Source: Flectonema sp. DT1601 (Eukaryota). Taken from it: a stretch of 64,000 nucleotides of DNA. The stretch spans positions 806,001-870,000 of the forward strand of contig OZ025786.1 of NCBI GenBank assembly GCA_964019425.1, written 5' to 3'. Made by a program: the position numbers and the translations under genes. Each line of letters opens with the position of its first letter. The stretch's first letter is position 1. Below the pieces are notes generated by a model. It searched no databases, was not told the DNA's origin, and worked only from the letters and a program-made list of their open reading frames with translations. Shown piece after piece: positions 11,395 through 22,939 of this stretch.

Positions 11395-13999
11395 CTAAAA
11401 AAAAAAAAAAACAACACTACCCTGACAATAAGAAATTTTTATGGTAAATTATAATCAAAAAAAACTACACCAATTTCAAAAAATAATATGAAAAATCGAG
11501 CTTATAAATCTCGTTTCGGTGGTGATTCCTGTATACCAATTAAATATAAAATTAGTTAAAACCAAATTAAAGGTCCAGCCAATCCTCCATGTAAAAAGAT
11601 CAATAGTTGGAAACCATATGTGCTATGCGGAGGAGTGAAGTTAAACTATCACTTTTCGCACAAGACTAGGCGCTGTTAGTCTGATGAAAGAAAAAAAGTA
11701 TAATCACAAACTCTAAACAAATAGTAATACATAACCGTAAACTTACTTAAAGGGATAAGATGAGGGTTTCATCCCCATGTATTGGGAAACTTCATTCTTC
11801 AGAAGTGAGATGTTGGACTTATCACAGACCAAGGGAGGTAACGAAAACCTGTGTGACATAAGAAAGATGTGTGAATAATGTTTTTTCAAGATAGTTGAGG
11901 ACAGGGGGGTGAGTGGAGGGTAATTTTGAAAAAGAAAAAACGAGAACAAAGTCAAGCTCGGAACGTTTCACGCCGCAATACTGTCCGAAATTTCGTGGAA
12001 TTTCAAAAAAAAAAAAAAAAAAAAAGAAATGTGCAAGAAGGAAAAGAAAATAATACGGTAGGGTGGGGGAAATATTTAAAACCCAAATTAGATTAGCTGT
12101 AAGGACATAATTAGAAATGCATCTCCGCACTAGATAAATAGATAACGTCTATTACTGAGCATCGCTGATACAGTAAACTAAAGAGGATCAATTTAACTCA
12201 ATAGAGCTACGATGCAGCAGCAACGTTTGAAGACCCAACCTTGTTAAGACTGCTATGGTATAGCTGAGGCTGGAGGGGATTTCTGAACACGGCATGCTGA
12301 TTACCAGCTTTCCATCTTCCGATTGTAGACGAAAGATGCTAGACACTCTATGTATGCTTTCGAAAAAAACATATAAAAAGAATTAAAAAAAATTGGTCAA
12401 GAGGCATCCTCCTCTAGTTTTAGTCCTCAGGGCGAGAAAAAACGTAGACCTGCACAAAAGCAAGACAAGTTCGAAAAAAAAAAGAAAATCTTAACCTACC
12501 GAGTGCTGGTGGGATAATTAGATAATTACTAAGAAATATGGCACAAGTATGGGGAAAAATAAAATAAAAAAAATAAATTTGAGACAATGTTCGGCTTGTA
12601 CTATTGCGAGTCCAATAGAATCTAACAAAGAAAAAAAGGGAGCATTGGAAGGGGAAGAAGGAAGAAAAGAAAAAAAAAAAAGAAATAATATTTTATATCC
12701 CTTCTATTCTAATCACTGTCTGTCATAAATCATAAAGACTTAATGAATCAGGAAGCAAGCTGCCTGAAATGTTTCTCACAGTTACGCAGCAGATTCCTCC
12801 TTCAGCAAAGTACCTATTCATCAGAAAATAGGAAGGAAAACTCTCTTAAAAATAATACTACTAGGAAGCAAAGAACCGAAGTGAGATTGACACTTGGGGT
12901 AAAGAAAATAAACCAAATCAACCACGACAGACTACATCGCAGGTATCTCCACAAGGTGTCTCCAGTGGTTACGAGAGACCGCGATTTAATTCCCTTTTTT
13001 TAAAAAAAAGAGAAGGGAAAAAAAAAATTATTTTTTGTGCACGAAAAATCGTAGTCCGATTGTGAGTACTTATTTTGAAATAATAATTAGTGTTGCTCCA
13101 CTAACAAGGTTGTTCAAGTTTTTTTTTTAAAAAAAATGTTTGAAAAAAAAAGAAGGGAAAAAATCACAAAAAAAAAAAAAGCACAACACAACGACCTACA
13201 CGGTGTGACACAATGAGAAGATAGGAGTTTAAAAAAAATGGCACAAAACAGCTTCACAAACTGACAACTGTCACCGTTCAACTTCACGATACCAGTGTGA
13301 AATTAGGTGGAAAAAAAAAAAAAGAAAAAAAGAAAAAAAGAACAGAAAGAAAACTTTTTATTTTATGGGTTTAAACTTTAATTTTATGTCATCAAAAAAT
13401 CTGGGAAGTCAAGCTTAAGGAAAAGCTTACAAAGGACAGGTTTACAGGTATTCGGCAAACATCGTGACCGGAACTCGCTCCCAGGTTCTATTTGCGTTTT
13501 TTTTTTTTTTGATTAAATCAGAAGTTATTAGTTCGCATAAAAAAAGACCTGAAAAACAGCCCTGACACAAAAAACAAAACTTCGAAAGTGCTTAAGATGC
13601 ACTGTTTTAGAACGTCACTTCCAAAAAAAAGAAGAATTTCAATAATTGTCTTTTGAGTTATGTGGAATAGAGCGAATAGGAAAATGGGGGGGAAAAAAAA
13701 AAAAAAAAAAAAGAATTATTCCATAAGAGTTATTTTTTTGTTTTTCAGATTTCCCTTTCCGACATGGTAAGAAGAAACAAATAAAAATTGATATAAAAGA
13801 GCGCCTGAGGTTATCAAAGTGTGAAAAATAAAGCGAATGCAGCGTGAGAAACTCAAACGGGGAACAACATCACTTTGAGTACCGACAAGTGGCTTCGGCC
13901 AACGTACTCTCGCAAGGGAGTTGAATAACACTGTCCGTTTGGTTGAGGGTGCAACAAAAAAAAAAAAAAAAAAACCCCATTCAGATAAGCCTTACATTC

Positions 14000-14150
14000 T
14001 GTTGATCGCAGACAGTAATACTGACGGCACGGGGAAATAGACAACATGACAATAATTAATAAACGGCTCTTAATCTGAATAGTTTCTTCTCCGACTTCGT
14101 TTGGTGCAGTCGGTTTAAAAAAATAAATAAAATAAAAAAATAAAATAAAG
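14000..14150 (+). repeat. SINE-like interspersed repeat, copy 2
   Basis: GCAGACAG...CACGGGG...AAACGGCTCTTAATCTGAATAGTTTCTTCTCCGAC...GTCGG followed by an A-rich tail. Confidence 0.65.
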
Positions 14151-14235
14151 TAAGCATATTTCAGGCAAACTCATTGTGTGTTATTTGATACAAAAAAAAA
14201 AAAAAGAAGAAGAAAAAAGATTATTTAGAAGGGTG

Positions 14236-14269
<34 letters not shown>

Positions 14270-14576
14270 AAGATTTAGAAATATGTAAGTGCGCGGCGGT
14301 TAGATTTCCAGCCGATCTATCAGAACGCACTTTCTAGAACAAAACTTCTGAAATCAAAGCAACAAGTTGCTTTTTATTAAACATTAATCAGATAAGCGGT
14401 ACTTTGCAACAATACTCGATATTGAGCATCTATTGTATAGGTGATACTGCTACCCAATCTCCGTCATGCGATCTGTTGAAGATATCATCAAAGCTACTTT
14501 TACTGTTGGATTGTTGTCGTTAATTTTTTTTTTCTTTTTTTTTTTTTTTTTTTCAACATCAAAAGTATCATTGTAA

Positions 14577-15392
14577 TCACACATACCCTTCACTCAATAA
14601 CGATCTACCAGTTGCAGGCTGAGGCGAAGGTGATATAAGAGTAGCAGAGGCACACTGATCGATTGACAACGACGATGCTCCAAAACTCCCACCATGAAGA
14701 GAACGCTGCGGTGTTATATTGTCGGGCCATATTGGAGACTCTGGAGGTGACGTGATCGGTGCAGTCCATGGTCTAAACCCAAAAGCTGAAGCAGTAAGAG
14801 GTGTTGTAGATGACACGACTGGATCTGGTGGCACTACTTGATGAGAGAGCTTCGATACTTCATTTCGCAAAGTTGAAATTTGATCTGGTGTTGCCTTTGC
14901 CAATGTCGCAGCGAGGGTATCCCATGTTGCTGGTGACTGAGCATACAATTGACTATCATCTAGTATACCATCGTATGCAGCATATCCACATGCAGCACTA
15001 ACACCGATTAGTAATAGCCCTGTCATCGCCCTCGCGCTAACCGAATCCGAAGACGCGTTCCCTTCAGAGGAAGTGTTACTGTTGTTGTTGTTGTCAGGAG
15101 ATTCCGAGACAATTATATTTAAAGAAGTTTGAATGTTGTCTAATTTTCTATTTATGATACCACTTTTCTTGTTCCTTATCCTTTTACTTTTGTGGATCGG
15201 TTTCCGATTTCCTTCTTGTAAACCTGATACCAATAAGTGAATCATACTACTCAACCTATCAATTGATTCTAATAACTGCTGTTCTCTTGATCTGTGATTT
15301 ACTGCACCTCCTCCTGGTATTAGTGTAACGTTCGATGCAGTTAACATCTTCCTACAGCGCAGAAGTACGGCCTGAGAGGGTCCCCTGCACAT
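14577..15392 (-). CDS. Hypothetical protein with one transmembrane segment and a Pro/Ser-rich tail
   Basis: 271-aa ORF with an A-rich context before the ATG and hydrophobic segment AMTGLLLIGVSAACGYAAY. Confidence 0.65.
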   Translation of the reverse strand: MCRGPSQAVLLRCRKMLTASNVTLIPGGGAVNHRSREQQLLESIDRLSSMIHLLVSGLQEGNRKPIHKSKRIRNKKSGIINRKLDNIQTSLNIIVSESPDNNNNSNTSSEGNASSDSVSARAMTGLLLIGVSAACGYAAYDGILDDSQLYAQSPATWDTLAATLAKATPDQISTLRNEVSKLSHQVVPPDPVVSSTTPLTASAFGFRPWTAPITSPPESPIWPDNITPQRSLHGGSFGASSLSIDQCASATLISPSPQPATGRSLLSEGYV

Positions 15393-15559
15393 TTTTTTTT
15401 GTTTTGTTTTTTTTTTTGTTTTTTTTTCTTAGAATATAAAGAACTGGATGAGATAATACATAAACAGTCGATATCAGTTGAAAACCCTACAACGAATTAC
15501 ATCATTACAAAACTGTTTTGAGGAAGGTAACTTAAAGTAGACGTAAACACCTCTATAAA

Positions 15560-15992
15560 GTGACTCGTGAGATCTCTTCCTCTCACCTGATAGAATCGAA
15601 CGGATACAAAGTTGGATTACTATGGCTTGAAAGAGTGAAAAAACAGCATGCTGGATGTTCACATCTATCCTTTGATTGCCTTACCTGGAATATGATTATT
15701 TGAGGCACTCTAAACCTCCATTACGTCTGAACAAATAAATAGATGCGAGAGATCTCTTCCTCTCAACGTATGCAATTCAACAGAAGTAGTCTCGACGACG
15801 ATGTCTATACATCAAGTGCTGTTTCCTTCTGTAAGTATTTATTTGGTGATTGTACTCCTTCCGGGTAGTACACAACAGGACCACTTGGCGCTGCTGATAG
15901 CTCACCTCTATCCTTGATTGCCCTACTTGGAATATGATTATTTAGGTATTGTTGAGTTGTGAGGCATTCTACACTACCACTTGACGTGAACT
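15560..15992. repeat. Degenerate direct tandem duplication (two units of ~175-250 bp)
   Basis: GAGATCTCTTCCTCTCA occurs at ~15569 and ~15749. CTATCCTT(T)GATTGCC.TAC.TGGAATATGATTATTT occurs at ~15666 and ~15908. Confidence 0.7.
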
Positions 15993-16052
15993 GTTTTTTT
16001 TTTTTTTTTTTTAAATTTCACAAGAATGATACTTCACTAACAAATAACTTAA

Positions 16053-16739
16053 TCAATCACATACTTGTATTGTATCAATAGAATGTCCCAAAACACACAT
16101 AGCAGCGGAAGCCAGAGAGCTTTGAGTTGTTAGTAGACATTTCTCATTCTTACGACTTGCTATACGAAGTAATTCTCTGTAAGACCCATGGGGTAGGTAT
16201 GGGATATTATTTTCATTCGTTGCTTCTTCAATAGTGTGAGGATCAGCTGAGTTTCCTGCGGGTTGGAATTGCCCTGCGTCAACTAATAAACAAGAGTACT
16301 GCTCATTAGAAACTTTCATAAAAGGATACTTTTCTTTCGGAAGAGAAAGCTTGTAATCAGTACAGAAATTGTCTATAGCTGATTTTTTACCAACATCACT
16401 TGGTGATGTTGGTACTGTTATGCAATAATCGCTACCAACTGTTGGTAACAGTAGATAGTCGTGTGGTGAGAGGTTCGCTTCAGCAATTCGCATGAGTTCT
16501 TTTAAGTTACGAGGATCGATTCGAATGTCTCCCCCAGAATATGTATCTGAACCGTTAATTAATAACATGTGATGCCTTATCTCTCCAAAGTTCATTTTTG
16601 AAACTCCATATATCATACCCGTCAGCATAATCATCACAGCTACACAGTTGGTTTCAGCCATTAACTCTTTACCTATTTTCCACTCTAACCATCTATAAGG
16701 CCTGGTCTCGGTGTACCTTTTAGCTATGCTACGCAACAT
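16053..16739 (-). CDS. Hypothetical protein, possibly mitochondrial membrane
   Basis: 228-aa ORF with presequence-like start MLRSIAKRY and one hydrophobic segment. Confidence 0.65.
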   Translation of the reverse strand: MLRSIAKRYTETRPYRWLEWKIGKELMAETNCVAVMIMLTGMIYGVSKMNFGEIRHHMLLINGSDTYSGGDIRIDPRNLKELMRIAEANLSPHDYLLLPTVGSDYCITVPTSPSDVGKKSAIDNFCTDYKLSLPKEKYPFMKVSNEQYSCLLVDAGQFQPAGNSADPHTIEEATNENNIPYLPHGSYRELLRIASRKNEKCLLTTQSSLASAAMCVLGHSIDTIQVCD

Positions 16740-16966
16740 AGTGAGAAAAGATCTGTGTGGGAAAGGAAAAATTGTGTGATTTTTTTTTTTTTTTTTTAAA
16801 AATGGACGTTGTGATTTCTAATTATTTAGATTCAGGGCATTCAACACAAATTATAATAAAGTAAACAATCTTTATAATATCAAAAATAGAGATCCATTCC
16901 CACTCTTACTTATGTAAGTATACGGAAGTATACGACAAAAGTAATGTTCTAATTTAAACAAAAATA

Positions 16967-18862
16967 CTATCCCAGCATCTCAGAATGAAAAATTTCTTTT
17001 CCTTCTTTCAAATTGAATTTGAAAATACCTTCTGTGATGTACCAGCTCAGATGAGGTCTGTGTTCCAATGCTTTAATAATATTATCAACTGATTCCATTG
17101 TCAGATGATTTCTGTGTAAACTGAGGGATTGAAGTGATGTGTTGCGTTTCAATGCTTCAGCCAAGGCAGTAGCTGTCTCACTTTTCAATTTATTAAATTC
17201 AAAATTAACAACCTGAAGAAGGCAATCACTCGACAGCAGCACATCCGAAGCAAACGCAACTCCAAACACCTCCGACAATTGATTGTTTGATAAATCTAAA
17301 ATTGTTAGTTCTGGGAGATATTTTTTACCAAATGAATCTAAAATTTGAAGACCACACTTATCATCAAGACAGAGGTGGGTAAGACTTAACGATGTCAGGC
17401 AGTTAAAAGACTGAGATTGGATAAGACCACTGACACCCATACAGTTACTTACATGAAGCTCGTGAAGGTTGCTTTCTGAGAATAAGACGTCGATCAGATG
17501 TTGAGTTTCTGAAAAATTTTCAATTTTTAATATTTTAGTTTCGGAAAAGGAGTCTGTTAATTCTGAATTTTTCAGAAAAATAAACCGACCTCCAACGTGA
17601 ACAACATCGTCATCCTCTTTATCAAGACCGCGGTACTTCCCATCAAGTGTTATCCTATCTGGTTTCGCAGACTGAACAGCACTACTTATAAAAGTATAAG
17701 CTTGCTGAAGCTGACTAAAATCCGACAAGCCTTCACCAACTGGATTGATTAGTTGCAATTGCATATCATAAAGCACGTCACTAACAGCAATGGTTAAGTT
17801 GTTTTCAGTCACTATTTTTCTTGTTAGCTCTCGTTCAATTATCGGAACGTTGAATTGAATGAAATTAAGAACACTTTTTGAAAATGGAATTACCAATTGA
17901 CCGAACTGATGAGTGGTCGCAATCTGATGTCGCATTTTGATAGCATCAAACCGTTCTATGTGTTTTATAAAAGTGTTAATTTGATCTTCTGGTTCATCGA
18001 TTTTTTTATTTTCTTGTGAACCAATTACCAGACTCCCATAAGATGAAATATCATCACTGAACTGCATGTCTTCTTGTTCTGATGATGATAACGACAACCA
18101 CCCCTTTGACACATAGTTCCAGTACTGTCTTGGAATGGGGAACATATCACCACATCCATAGGTCATGAAATATAACAAATTCTTTAAAAGACTTTGAATG
18201 CAGAGAGATGATGACCCACTTGATGTAAATCCAACATCAGCGAGAATGAAATTCGTTGCATTTTCAGAACCCAACAAAATACTCCATTGTGAAAACGGAA
18301 CATGAACATTACAAGGGGAAAGTGCGATTATCGCAGACAGGATGTCGCGTAACAACGTTTGACACATTCTAATAGTTACGTGTTTTCCTTTTGAAAAAGT
18401 CGTACTTAACCACATCGGCATTGGAAAATACCCCGGATAACCATAAACTAAATTTAATTTATAATTATAGATTGTAGTTCCAATTAGTTTTATAACATTA
18501 TCAGAAGTGGTGGTTCCCTTCAACTCAATCAACGTGACGATGTCTGAATGAGTTACCGATGATGAGATTTCTTCAAACAAAACAGCATCAAGTTCGATTC
18601 CCAGTGATGCTTTTTTTATTTTTCCAAAAACACCTTTTCCATAATCAACGAGGTCTTTAAAGCTACTCACGCTGTATTTGTTTAAATTTATCATAACATT
18701 TTGATTCGTGGTGGATTGTGCTTCTTTCTGCTGCTCTGTTTGACACCAGGCAATAATAAATTCATAAATATCATTTTTAAGTTTTAAATCAGGTGACCGA
18801 TGGATTGCTCTTCTCATATCGTCGCAGCATTTATTTATAAAATCCTCGTCAACAAGAGACAT
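16967..18862 (-). CDS. Degenerate kinase-like domain plus C-terminal RNI-like leucine-rich repeats
   Basis: 631 aa. GKGVFGKI Gly-loop and ILADVG remnant, with no HRD. C-terminal LRRs (LTILDLSNNQL, LQSLSLHRNHL). Confidence 0.75.
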   Translation of the reverse strand: MSLVDEDFINKCCDDMRRAIHRSPDLKLKNDIYEFIIAWCQTEQQKEAQSTTNQNVMINLNKYSVSSFKDLVDYGKGVFGKIKKASLGIELDAVLFEEISSSVTHSDIVTLIELKGTTTSDNVIKLIGTTIYNYKLNLVYGYPGYFPMPMWLSTTFSKGKHVTIRMCQTLLRDILSAIIALSPCNVHVPFSQWSILLGSENATNFILADVGFTSSGSSSLCIQSLLKNLLYFMTYGCGDMFPIPRQYWNYVSKGWLSLSSSEQEDMQFSDDISSYGSLVIGSQENKKIDEPEDQINTFIKHIERFDAIKMRHQIATTHQFGQLVIPFSKSVLNFIQFNVPIIERELTRKIVTENNLTIAVSDVLYDMQLQLINPVGEGLSDFSQLQQAYTFISSAVQSAKPDRITLDGKYRGLDKEDDDVVHVGGRFIFLKNSELTDSFSETKILKIENFSETQHLIDVLFSESNLHELHVSNCMGVSGLIQSQSFNCLTSLSLTHLCLDDKCGLQILDSFGKKYLPELTILDLSNNQLSEVFGVAFASDVLLSSDCLLQVVNFEFNKLKSETATALAEALKRNTSLQSLSLHRNHLTMESVDNIIKALEHRPHLSWYITEGIFKFNLKEGKEIFHSEMLG

Positions 18863-19102
18863 CGCATGTTACTTGTTGATTACTATTAATTAATAATGGA
18901 ACACGAATCACTCTTTTTATCTCATTTTTTTTTTTTTTTTTTTGTTCATCAAATCTGGTTAAAAGATAAATACTATTTTCAGTCTTTATAACTTTCAACA
19001 ACAACAAAAAAAAAAAAAAAAAAAAAATAACTTCGCTGAAGGTCACATTTGCAATTTTATTGCCTTTCAAAAAAAAAAAAAATTAAAAAAAAAAACTCGC
19101 AT

Positions 19103-19216
19103 AATATTTCGTCGAACAGACAGAATCCTGTCGCACGGGGGGAAAAGAAATAAATCATGACCATAAGAAATAAACAGCTGTCATATCTGAATAGTTTCTT
19201 CTCCGACTACGTCGGA
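19103..19216 (+). repeat. SINE-like interspersed repeat, copy 3
   Basis: AATATTTCG..GAACAGACAGAATCCTGTCGCACGGG...ATCTGAATAGTTTCTTCTCCGACTACGTCGGA. Confidence 0.7.
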
Positions 19217-19401
19217 AAATTCACAGTAGTGATCTTACCAAAAGCATCCCAGGATAGGTGAGTTGAAAGAATACCGACAATAATTAATTACAGGATAGGA
19301 ATGTTTTGAGCCTTTCGCAGTATGGTGAACCATTAAAACAGGCATCTACGTATACACACAACAGATTATTGCAAATAAAGATGGATTATAAGCAATATCG
19401 A

Positions 19402-19995
19402 CTAATCAACTTTAAATCGAGCAACCTCTTGGCAATCAGTATCTTCTTGGTCCGGAACAGCTGTGCTAATTCGACGTTTTACTGCGACGGTACGTTCGTG
19501 TTTCGCACTTTTAGGAACCTGTTTTATATATTGTTAACTTAAAAGGAATTTTATATAGAATAGAAATAGTATTGTAAAGTAACATACCTCAGAGTTGAGG
19601 ACTCTTTTTTGATTTGACGTAGCAGTGATGTTTGGGTTGATTGGTAAATTAGGAAACGCTTGTTTTGATCCGAGAGGATTGTCCGTTGATTCGTCTACCA
19701 ATCCTCCAGTTAAAGAATTGAGAAACGATAATAAATTTGGAACACTTGTGTATCCATTCTGCTCGTGTCTCGATACAAAGTCATGAACATTAGTAGCCAG
19801 TGATATAACTTGTTTTTTATTCTCGTTAACTTGGTGCTGATAACAATCTGATAGCCGAGCTACTTCATTTGTTAATTCTGCTTCTCTGAGTTTCTTATCA
19901 ACTTTTAAATCTTCGATTCGTTTCATCCAAGTCTTCTCAACAGCATGCATCTGTTGGTCGTGGTGAGTCATCTGATTTAGAGATTCGACATCCAT
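19402..19995 (-). CDS. Coiled-coil hypothetical protein, two exons
   Basis: Exon 19995-19588, intron 19519-19587 (GT-AG), exon 19518-19402 in frame (VPKSAKHERT...FKVD*). Confidence 0.7.
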
Positions 19996-20218
19996 ATTAT
20001 ATTATGCAATCTGTATATCCAGAAAATGAAGTTTTTAAAAAAACATGAGAGGGAAAAAAAAATATGATTGAGCCTTTGATCTTGTTCGGTAATTCCTGAG
20101 GGGGTGAAGTATAATGGGGGTTAAAGAATCACTTGCATAGAGCTTGGCGCTGCTAGTCGGAAATCAGAAAAACCCTTTACGAACACACACAAAACGTTTT
20201 TGCTTTTTCGCAGTCGCA

Positions 20219-20350
20219 AGTCTTTTCAACAGCATGCATCTGCTGGTCGTGGCGAGTCATCTGATTTAGAGATTCGACATCCATATTATATTATGCAATC
20301 TGTATATCCAGAAAATGAAGTTTTTAAAAAAACATGAGAAGGAAAAAAAA
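20219..20350 (-). repeat. Duplicate of the 5' end (upstream region plus ~22 codons) of the 19402-19995 gene
   Basis: Near-identical to ~19930-20062. Confidence 0.9.
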
Positions 20351-20746
20351 AAAAAGGGGAAAAAATTGCTGTTACCAAACCTCATTTTGATAATTGAACA
20401 GAACCAAGTGGAGAAAAGAAAAGAAAGAAAACAGCATTTATTAGCCGCAGGGAAGGGTATTTTTGCCAGCGGAGAGTGGATAGACAAAATAAATACGAAA
20501 CTGAACATAAACATCATTGAAGGGGAAACAACTAACGTAAAAAGAAAAATGATGACAAAGCCTCTATTGCTAACAAGTGCATTGTGACGATGATGATGTC
20601 TTTTTCTTGTTATATAAAAACCCCCCCAACATTCCTTGATTGCTTATTAATATATTTAAGTGTACTCATTGGCAAGACCAAAAGGGAAACCATAAGCGAA
20701 CAAGACATGTTTTAATTGAGAAAAGCAAAATTGAGAAGTAGATATT

Positions 20747-22443
20747 TTATTCGTCTGTTTTTTTAAGGTACTCTTCTTGGACCCCGTAGCTGATTTCGTT
20801 TGTTTCATATTTTACAGTGTAGGTTCCCTCAGCATCGTATCCGACTACGGTTGCTGGATAATGTGTTTCACCGTCGCTTTCGTCGTAACGAACAAGAACA
20901 GAACTTCCAATCGGAAATAGTATTGTTTGAGATAATTGTTTTGAAGGAGGTTGCGATAGTCGACGAGCTTTCTTACGAATCTGACCATCAGATTTCTTAT
21001 CGTCAGAATCGTCAACAGGAATTGGGACCAAGTCATCAGTAGAAACTCTACTAGCGAATGATGTGTTTGCTGATCTAACCTTTGCTTGTCTTGGTTGGTA
21101 GTCAGACAAGTCTGCTAGCCCAACAGCTGCCAGAACCTGAACTACTACGGGTGCAGCTTTTCTAAATTGAAGTCTCTCTCGAGTGTTTTCTATAAAAGTT
21201 GAATCATCATCCAGAGACACCTCATCTGAATACTCTCCATCTCCAACAACAACCATATCACCTGTTACTGGATCAATTCGTCTTAAGCATCGAATGTCAT
21301 CATCGAGTATGTGTTCAGAGTTTAGTCTTGTTCTTACTTCTTCTTTTGTTAAGTGTCTTCGACCTTTCTTCGCAGTTATTGTGTATTGAATAATGAATCC
21401 TACAACCATTAATATCCAAGCACTGCTGTATAACATGTATCCAGGTAGTTCCCAATCTTGACACACTTTATGAGGTCCAATATGAGGCGACAATGATCTT
21501 CTTAAGCTTGCTGCCAGACCAATGGAACTTCCACTTTGCAAGACGGTGAAAATCTGATCGATTGAAGCTGTTGCAATGACGCTACCGACGATGCTTGAGC
21601 TTGCGATGAACACTATACGAACTCCCTTAAGACACATTACTCCAAGTGATAGTCCTAAGATTGCACACGTCGTCCAAACACACAGAAAACCTGACCAATC
21701 TGTAGAACTAACTTTAGCTAAGAGACATCCACCTGATGAACGAGCAGAGAACAGCAGAGCCTGTTTGTTATTTTCATTAAAGCCTTAACATGTCACAAAA
21801 AAGAAACCATTCAAACAACAGCCTTATATGTTGTTGATCGCAGACTAATAATAAAACAAACGGTTCTCCTAACCAAAGAAAAAATCGGAATACAAACCGT
21901 GAACAGACATCCAGCCAACACTCCAAGTCCTAAGACTGCACTTTTAAAGACTAAAACAGAAACTCTACCCGTGTATGATAAGTAATACAGACCTACTGAC
22001 ATAACACCAGTTCCTATACAGGTAGCGTTAAGGAGAAAGGGTGTGTATGAGTTAATAGCGTGGTATAGAAGTTTTGAAGCAATGAAATACGGAAGAAACG
22101 ATCCAATACAAAGCATAACACAAGCAAGCATTTGAATTATTAATCGATAACCGAAAAACGTTGTTAGAATTCCGATTAGGATGCCGCCACCAGCAAGCAT
22201 TCCTCTGACTGTTTCTCCAAAATCGTTAGTACTGCATGTCTCGTAGTGATACTGAGATCCTAAATCACATTCACTAAGAGGCCCCAATAAATCACCTCCG
22301 ATGCATCCATCACACCAACCACATTGTCTCTCAGATACACAAGATGAACAGTCTAGTTTAGAAGAACAATTAGTACCCTCAGCCTCAATTATTATCCCAG
22401 TGGTGATGATTAATATTGTGAGCTGACATATTGTAGTCATCAT
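20747..22443 (-). CDS. Multi-pass membrane protein: signal peptide, PSI domain, TMEM198/TM7S3 (DUF4203)-like TM region, C-terminal Tudor/Agenet-like domain
   Basis: CSSKLDCSSCVSERQCGWC (PSI), FFGYRL motif and several TM helices. Intron 21761-21897 joins the two ORFs in frame. Confidence 0.8.
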
Positions 22444-22939
22444 AACATTCCTTGAGGGGGTAACTTGATATTATGATTAAATATAAAGCAACTTGAAACT
22501 GGCTAAAACGAATATAGGGTTTCGGCCAACCTGGTTGCAATGAAAAGAGACCAACAGTTGGTTTCGATGAGGGGAAGACTGTTTGATTAGGTTCATACGA
22601 ATATAAATCTCTGTATTGTATCAGAACGATGAGGAGTTTAATATTTCTACTGAAAAAGAAGCCTACAAAGGATCGTAATTATTTCTAGTCTGCTTAAAAA
22701 GAAAAAGTGAAATAACGATTTTTAAAATACTTAAATAATAATAATAGTGATAGCAACTGATTTCGCGATATTGATAAAAGTTTTTTTTTTTTTTCTTTTT
22801 TAAATAATAATAAGAACTTCTGTCTTAAGATTCGTAACCATAACAAAGTGAACAGACGCACGGATTAAAACCCGTTTTTTTTTTTTTTTTTTTTGAAAGA
22901 TTGCACAAACGGCCACGAAGCAAGGAGAAAAGGGATTTT

